A stretch of 41,114 nt of DNA. Origin: a virus (lineage: Duplodnaviria > Caudoviricetes). Both the position numbers and the translations under genes were made by a program. The stretch is from IMG/VR virus record IMGVR_UViG_3300036987_000048, positions 1 to 41,114 of that record; one strand, given 5' to 3'. This document shows, in pieces, positions 36,704 through 41,114 of the stretch; the stretch's first letter is position 1, and every line of letters begins with the position of its first letter. The notes under the pieces were generated by a model. The model was not told where the DNA came from. It did no database searches and was given only the letters and a program-made list of their open reading frames with translations.

Positions 36704-36856
36704 AATAATCCTTATATTTTACGCGCCATTTATAGGCCATCCAGCCTATGTACGGCGCATGATATATCTATATATATGTATAAATGACAACTATTCACCT
36801 GCTAATTTCACCTCTTTTTTCTTGTATGTCCTTAATTCTATTGCGTTTAAAACGTT

Positions 36857-37077
36857 TTATCCACAGGCTTGAAGGTGTAAAGTGGTACTTATCAACTCTT
36901 ATCAACAGCGTAATTTATTGCTATTACTTCGCAAGTTCTTAATATTTAATGCGTTTCGCTTCATTCTGTTGATAAACCTGTTTATAATAGGTAAAACCTG
37001 TTAAAATCCCCTTTTCACTGGTTTTTTTCACTTTGTACTTAAATCTATAATTTATAACGTTTTTCTCTTTATCCACA
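36857..37077. promoter_or_regulatory. DnaA-box cluster in AT-rich intergenic DNA
   Basis: Perfect TTATCCACA at 36857 and 37069; TTATCAACA at 36899 and inverted at 36967; weaker matches at 36889 and 36979. Confidence 0.6.
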
Positions 37078-37200
37078 GGCATTTTATCATTGCGCTTTTC
37101 ACCACTTTGGGATTTATGCCAGATTGCCTGAAAATATTTTATGCTTTATTTATGCTTATTATTCCTATACTTGCAAGCTATTTGCATTATATGCTGATAG

Positions 37201-37217
37201 TTGGCACGGTATATGCT
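37201..37217 (+). promoter_or_regulatory. sigma54-type (-24/-12) promoter candidate
   Basis: TTGGCACGGTATATGCT: GG-N10-GC with TGGCACG intact. Confidence 0.55.
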
Positions 37218-37242
37218 CTATATAATAGCAAATACAATACGA

Positions 37243-37545
37243 TAGGATATATATTAGGCTCAACAAAATAAAACAGGAGGAATGAATCATGAAAAACATT
37301 ATGACAGAAACAGAATACAATGAGATGGTTAAAAACGGGCGTCGAGGCGAATATCCTATAGTTTTAACGACAGATGGATATAAATTCGGACAGGAATTTC
37401 GCGGCAACCACGACCAATGGCGTGCCGACGATACAATAATCAAACACATTTCATGCTCTGATTTTTGGCCTACATATAGAGAGGCAACAAAATTACGGAT
37501 TGCTGTAAAAAAACGCAAACTAGCAGCCGCAGCCCTGGGTTCCAT
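37243..37545 (+). repeat. Internal copy of the ~300-bp repeat whose other copy spans the contig ends
   Basis: 37285-37411 = 40988-41114; 37428-37545 = 1-118; the ~40 bp upstream is similar with a few mismatches. Confidence 0.95.
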
Positions 37546-37549
37546 TTGA
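37289..37549 (+). CDS. Truncated duplicate of the junction-spanning gene
   Basis: AGGAGG SD; ends at AAAALGSI, lacking the basic tail. Confidence 0.8.
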   Translation: MKNIMTETEYNEMVKNGRRGEYPIVLTTDGYKFGQEFRGNHDQWRADDTIIKHISCSDFWPTYREATKLRIAVKKRKLAAAALGSI

Positions 37550-37638
37550 ATAAATGTTCTCAGGTCGCCCGTGATGTTTTTGAAAAAGCGGTTTGGGAGG
37601 GCTAGAAAATGAATACTAAAAACGAAAGGGGAAAAAAG

Positions 37639-37821
37639 ATGACAAACACCTGCAAAAATCAAATGTGCTTAAATGGCGATTGCCGGACTTGTCCGAATAG
37701 ACCAATCAGTAACCTCGAAATTGAGAATAAACACGCTGCGGAGGCCTTAAACAAAGCATTTTCCGGTCTTTTGGTGGTGGTTGCAATCGGCTTAATTATC
37801 TTAACAACTATTTACTTATAG
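37639..37821 (+). CDS. Small Cys-rich membrane protein
   Basis: AAGGGG SD; four Cys; C-terminal TM. Confidence 0.55.
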   Translation: MTNTCKNQMCLNGDCRTCPNRPISNLEIENKHAAEALNKAFSGLLVVVAIGLIILTTIYL

Positions 37822-37833
37822 GAGGGCGGAAAA

Positions 37834-38169
37834 ATGAAACGAAAACATGAAATTATAAACGGTTGTCCAATTTCCTGCTGGCAAGACAACGATTGTTTCG
37901 ATAAATATACGGTTGTTTATCTCGATGAAGTCTTTAAGCATCCGGCGCATCATTACATTGATTATGTTATGTATGTCGGTATGAGTGAAAATCCTTTTCA
38001 TCCGCAAGGCTTCTGCCAACATGGTGAAATGCCCATCAATGCAGTTCAGTACAAGGGGCGGGGCGGATGTTTTCAAAAGCGGATTAAGTTTGCTGATTTA
38101 CCATCTGACTGTCAAAAGGCTGTATTAAATGACATTAGCCTTGATTATAAACAGGTGGCGGAAAAATGA
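37834..38169 (+). CDS. Phage hypothetical protein
   Basis: GGAGG SD; DKYTVV..MSENPFHPQGFCQHGE..KRIKFADLP motif. Confidence 0.8.
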   Translation: MKRKHEIINGCPISCWQDNDCFDKYTVVYLDEVFKHPAHHYIDYVMYVGMSENPFHPQGFCQHGEMPINAVQYKGRGGCFQKRIKFADLPSDCQKAVLNDISLDYKQVAEK

Positions 38170-38339
38170 TAATCAATTTTAAATGCCCTTGTGGAAATAA
38201 TGACCCCTGCCTTGCCTATGAATATGATGGTGCATTAGGATATGAGGCTGTAATATGCAAGGTCTGTGGTAAATATTGCGATGAACAGGGAGAACATGAG
38301 CCGGATGAATTTTCAAAACAATTTATAAAGGAGAATTAA
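38166..38339 (+). CDS. 57-aa zinc-binding protein (not in ORF track)
   Basis: CPCGN..YEYDGALGYEAVICKVCG; ATGA-coupled. Confidence 0.65.
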   Translation: MIINFKCPCGNNDPCLAYEYDGALGYEAVICKVCGKYCDEQGEHEPDEFSKQFIKEN

Positions 38340-38468
38340 AATGAGATTGCTCACAATGAAAAGTTAATCAAAGCACCTAATAACTTCATGGTTCAATTAA
38401 ACCTTACACGCAGAAAATTACAAGCCGCGATTAATAACGCAAATTTAGAATAAAAGGGAGGGGTAAAA

Positions 38469-38633
38469 ATGGAAAAGGCGTATATAACAAGTTCGGGGTG
38501 TTGGTTATTTGTTCACGATAAAGATGGATTTTTGCTTGAAAGATTTGACTGGAAAAACGGAATGGAAGCAATATCCTTATTGCAAGCATGGACTGAAGCA
38601 GATGAAAATGATAAAGAGGAGGCCATAATATGA
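38469..38633 (+). CDS. 54-aa hypothetical protein (not in ORF track)
   Basis: GGGAGGGG SD; coupled to the next gene. Confidence 0.55.
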   Translation: MEKAYITSSGCWLFVHDKDGFLLERFDWKNGMEAISLLQAWTEADENDKEEAII

Positions 38634-38800
38634 ACTGTCCACATTGTCAAAAAGAGATTGAGGATGTTATCATCAAAAAGGAATACGGAAAAATTGTCGG
38701 CGGAGTTAAAAGCGAGCGGAAAACCGCCGCTTGCAAAAGAAACGCGATTAAACGCTGGAATGATTATCGGGCGGAAAAACAAAAACAAATTACCGAATAA
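38630..38800 (+). CDS. 56-aa basic protein with CxxC (not in ORF track)
   Basis: MNCPHCQKEI..GGVKSERKTAACKRNAIKRW; GAGGAGG SD. Confidence 0.65.
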   Translation: MNCPHCQKEIEDVIIKKEYGKIVGGVKSERKTAACKRNAIKRWNDYRAEKQKQITE

Positions 38801-39119
38801 TATTGTAAATCTGCTGCCTTGTCACTTTCAACAGGGCAGCGATTTGCGTTTTTCTAAGGCCAACATGGAGCATGGCGGCAACCGCCCTCTTTTTAAAATT
38901 CGGTATTTCTTGAATACGTTCCGCCCGTTCCCTGCGGTCTTCAATTCTTTCCGCAAGGATTGTATTGTAATTTTCCTCAACCGGATAGTCACCCAGAATG
39001 TCAGAAGATAAAGGTTCGCGCCTTGCTGCTCCGTGTAACCATTTAACCGGCGGACAATACGGCGGACGGCAAGTCTCTTTATGCTGACAATCTTTACAGA
39101 ACAGTTCCGGTAGTCTCAT
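38790..39119 (-). CDS. HTH transcription regulator (sigma-region-4-like; candidate late activator)
   Basis: N-terminal Cys cluster; C-terminal KTQIAALLKVTRQQIYNII HTH; last gene before the late region. Confidence 0.7.
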   Translation of the reverse strand: MRLPELFCKDCQHKETCRPPYCPPVKWLHGAARREPLSSDILGDYPVEENYNTILAERIEDRRERAERIQEIPNFKKRAVAAMLHVGLRKTQIAALLKVTRQQIYNIIR

Positions 39120-39122
39120 AAA

Positions 39123-39485
39123 TTAATATGGTACATCATCAAGCGGCGTTTCGTCCTTCGCTTTGCCCTCAAGCATCTGCATATTTGAGGCGACAATTTC
39201 CGTGGTGTATCTTTTTACCCCTTCTTTATCTTCCCAGCTTCTTGTCTGGATTTTCCCTTCAATAAAAACCAGTTTGCCCTTGACCAGATAATTAGCGCAT
39301 ATTTCAGCCAGTTTTTTGTAGGTGACAATCTTATGCCATTCTGTCTTTTGAACCTTTTCTCCGGCTTTGTCTTTCCAACTTTCGTCCGTGGCTATACTAA
39401 AGTTTGTTATTGCCGAACCGTCTTGCGAATATTTAACTTCTGGGTCTTTACCTAATCTCCCAATCAAAATAACTTTGTTTATCAT
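39123..39485 (-). CDS. ssb: Single-stranded DNA-binding protein
   Basis: INKVILIGRLGKDPE..TEWH..EGKIQTRSW; acidic DDVPY tail. Confidence 0.97.
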   Translation of the reverse strand: MINKVILIGRLGKDPEVKYSQDGSAITNFSIATDESWKDKAGEKVQKTEWHKIVTYKKLAEICANYLVKGKLVFIEGKIQTRSWEDKEGVKRYTTEIVASNMQMLEGKAKDETPLDDVPY

Positions 39486-39685
39486 TTTTCCTCCATATCT
39501 CCGACAAGGTGAATAAACTTCTTGTTTTCTGAAATGTAAATCCCTACCGAAACGACCATATTGCTACAGCTACTTGTCCATTCGTTATGTTTGCTCTCAG
39601 ACATCCAACCTGTTTCCGTGGGAATATTGGTGTCAGTCCAAAGGATTTTGACAATGTCACCTTTTGTTAGTTTGATTTTTTTCAT
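39482..39685 (-). CDS. Hypothetical protein
   Basis: ATGA-coupled to ssb. Confidence 0.65.
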   Translation of the reverse strand: MKKIKLTKGDIVKILWTDTNIPTETGWMSESKHNEWTSSCSNMVVSVGIYISENKKFIHLVGDMEEK

Positions 39686-39692
39686 AATTCAC

Positions 39693-40343
39693 CTAAATCA
39701 AAAATCGCTCTAATGTTTTTATCTGCCTATCCTCGACAACGATTTTGACAAACCCTAAATCAGTCGGCTCGTATTCTTGAGCATAATCATCATAACCGTC
39801 TAATCTTGATTTTCGGGAAGAACCGCAACACGCATACCACCTCTGATCTGGCTGAATATAACCAGAAATCGTAACGCCTTTAAGGTAGTTTTGTTTCACG
39901 CCTTTTTGACCATCTAAAAAGTAAAGAATGTTTGCTGGAGGTACGATGCCAATCCAATGAGCGTGACCACACAATTGAATAGCGCAGTCGCCCATCTGGT
40001 TTTGAAGATAAAGTTTCAAGGCGGCTTTTTTAATCGTGCCCTTATGATAACACTCGATTTTGTCATTACTAAGAGCTTTTTTTACTGCGGGATTAATCTC
40101 AGCCGCCCGCTTAATAGTTGCCTGTAAATCGATCTGGAGATGGAAACATATCCACGAAAGGAGAGAATCATCCGGACACGAGAAAAACCATATTGCTTTC
40201 CGCCGGTCTAGCTGCCGTTGAATACCGCCGTTCCATTTTGGAGCCGGATCGTATTTGACTTGTAGATCGCCCAGCGCCGTTGAAACAACTGCCGCCCATA
40301 AATTACGGTAAGGATTTCCCTCAAGATTGTAATCGATCTGCAT
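39693..40343 (-). CDS. Chimeric ORF: phage helical protein fused to the C-terminal half of a metallophosphoesterase
   Basis: N-terminal RNLWAAVV..A..D..AIWFF..WICFHL; C-terminal CGHAH..CGS..DYAQEYEPTDLG without the N-terminal DxH/GD/GNH motifs. Confidence 0.55.
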   Translation of the reverse strand: MQIDYNLEGNPYRNLWAAVVSTALGDLQVKYDPAPKWNGGIQRQLDRRKAIWFFSCPDDSLLSWICFHLQIDLQATIKRAAEINPAVKKALSNDKIECYHKGTIKKAALKLYLQNQMGDCAIQLCGHAHWIGIVPPANILYFLDGQKGVKQNYLKGVTISGYIQPDQRWYACCGSSRKSRLDGYDDYAQEYEPTDLGFVKIVVEDRQIKTLERFLI

Positions 40344-40356
40344 TTACGGCCTCCAT

Positions 40357-40392
40357 AAAAAAGGCGCACCATCCTTTCGGATGAAATGCGCC
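40357..40392 (-). terminator. Intrinsic terminator/attenuator inside the leftward operon
   Basis: GGCGCA..CATCC-GAAA-GGATG-GTGCGCC then TTTTTT, immediately before the GGAGG SD of 40343. Confidence 0.7.
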
Positions 40393-40417
40393 CTGATTGT
40401 TTCAGTAGCTTATTTAA

Positions 40418-40540
40418 TTAGAGTTTGATTGTTTCTGTTTTCCTAATCATCACAATATTTCCCGCCTCTATCTTTATTTCGATAGTTCCGTAAAATTTTG
40501 ACTCTATTAAAGATTTAATAAGCTTAAAGAGTTTTTCCAC
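40418..40540 (-). CDS. 40-aa DUF2292/YezD-like small protein (not in ORF track)
   Basis: KFYGTIEIKIEAGNIVMIRKTETIKL; GTG start abuts the upstream stop. Confidence 0.7.
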   Translation of the reverse strand: MEKLFKLIKSLIESKFYGTIEIKIEAGNIVMIRKTETIKL

Positions 40541-40717
40541 TTAAACCCCTGCTGATTGAATCCCTTCGGCTTCCGCCTTCTCACGCTTTGCGGCGGGCAT
40601 ATTTGACAACTTGTCGATAACGTCCCGCTTTAATCCCGGTTGATTTTCCAACTGTTCACCGGTTAACGTCAGCTTCTGACCTTCTACAACTTCGACTACG
40701 ATCTTGATAATTTTCAT
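40541..40717 (-). CDS. 58-aa hypothetical protein (not in ORF track)
   Basis: AAGGAGG SD; MKIIKIVVEVVEGQKL... Confidence 0.65.
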   Translation of the reverse strand: MKIIKIVVEVVEGQKLTLTGEQLENQPGLKRDVIDKLSNMPAAKREKAEAEGIQSAGV

Positions 40718-40929
40718 AACATCCTCCTTTTATTTTTCTGTAATAAGCAGCTTAATTCTGTATTTTAGTGGGCTGGCTCCCCTCAGCCATCTATTCCCCA
40801 ATATACAGCGTTGGATTATTATTTTGGAGCCGCGCCCGGTTTTTTTATTAATTCCTAAATTTATTTTACTACCTAACCTATTAAAATCATTACCAAATAA
40901 AAATATATTAAAATAATTGAAAATAATGC

Positions 40930-40958
40930 TTGACAAACCTAACGGTAGGATATATATT
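40930..40958 (+). promoter_or_regulatory. Strong sigma70 promoter with a palindrome in the spacer
   Basis: TTGACA-17 nt-TATATT; CCTA-ACGG-TAGG in the spacer; AT-rich upstream element. Confidence 0.75.
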
Positions 40959-40991
40959 AGAGTTAACAAAATCAAACAGGAGGAATAAATC

Positions 40992-41114
40992 ATGAAAAAC
41001 ATTATGACAGAAACAGAATACAATGAGATGGTTAAAAACGGGCGTCGAGGCGAATATCCTATAGTTTTAACGACAGATGGATATAAATTCGGACAGGAAT
41101 TTCGCGGCAACCAC
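40992..41114 (+). CDS. 5' part of the junction-spanning gene
   Basis: AGGAGG SD; MKNIMTETEY...FRGNH runs off the end and is identical to 37289-37411. Confidence 0.8.
   Translation, partial: MKNIMTETEYNEMVKNGRRGEYPIVLTTDGYKFGQEFRGNH

Noticed and set aside
37165-37662. Minus-strand ORFs 37165..37662 and 40730..41110, which share sequence
   Set aside because: They are antisense shadows of the duplicated + strand gene, which has the SD and promoter.
38481-38510. TATAAC...GTTATT as a further attC site
   Set aside because: Too short, lacks an inner stem, and lies inside a plausible ORF.
1-41114. Genome-wide stop-codon reassignment (TAG read as an amino acid)
   Set aside because: Only one gene is split by TAG; all long structural genes are intact in the standard code and several genes end in TAG.
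1-41114. Active DGR, CRISPR array, tRNA genes or integrase
   Set aside because: No RT ORF, template repeat, regularly spaced repeats, tRNA-like cloverleaf or tyrosine/serine recombinase motif was seen by eye.

Overview
A near-complete ~41 kb tailed dsDNA phage genome, probably circular or permuted: both contig ends fall inside one gene that also has an internal duplicate, with 16 nt missing at the join. The short-tailed (podovirus-like) architecture is inferred from a large portal, tail tubular/stabilisation proteins, three ejection-type proteins and no tape measure. The host is Gram-negative (Rz/Rz1 spanins). A lambdoid switch at ~3.9-4.45 kb (cro plus an apparently truncated cI, TTCA-N4-TGAA operators) drives two arms. 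The rightward early operon carries an exonuclease, ERF recombinase, NinB-like protein, HNH and small accessory genes. The leftward arm carries NinG-like HNHs, replication initiator, C5 methyltransferase, SSB, terminase, portal, capsid, tail and lysis genes. No integrase, reverse transcriptase, tRNA or CRISPR array was seen. The most notable items are: (1) two integron-like gene cassettes with attC-type sites carrying phage-type genes, with no integrase, apparently inverted relative to the usual gene/attC polarity (8.6-9.35 kb); (2) a C5 DNA methyltransferase locus using all three reading frames, with an HNH nuclease gene overprinted inside the alpha subunit and an EcoHK31I-like beta subunit; (3) a tail-fibre gene with a DGR variable-region signature followed by a 31-codon avd stump, i.e. 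a deleted diversity-generating retroelement; (4) a glycosyl/methyltransferase set interleaved with the head genes; (5) a duplicated early gene under sigma70-like versus sigma54-like promoters next to a DnaA-box cluster. All family assignments come from motif recognition by eye, not database searches.
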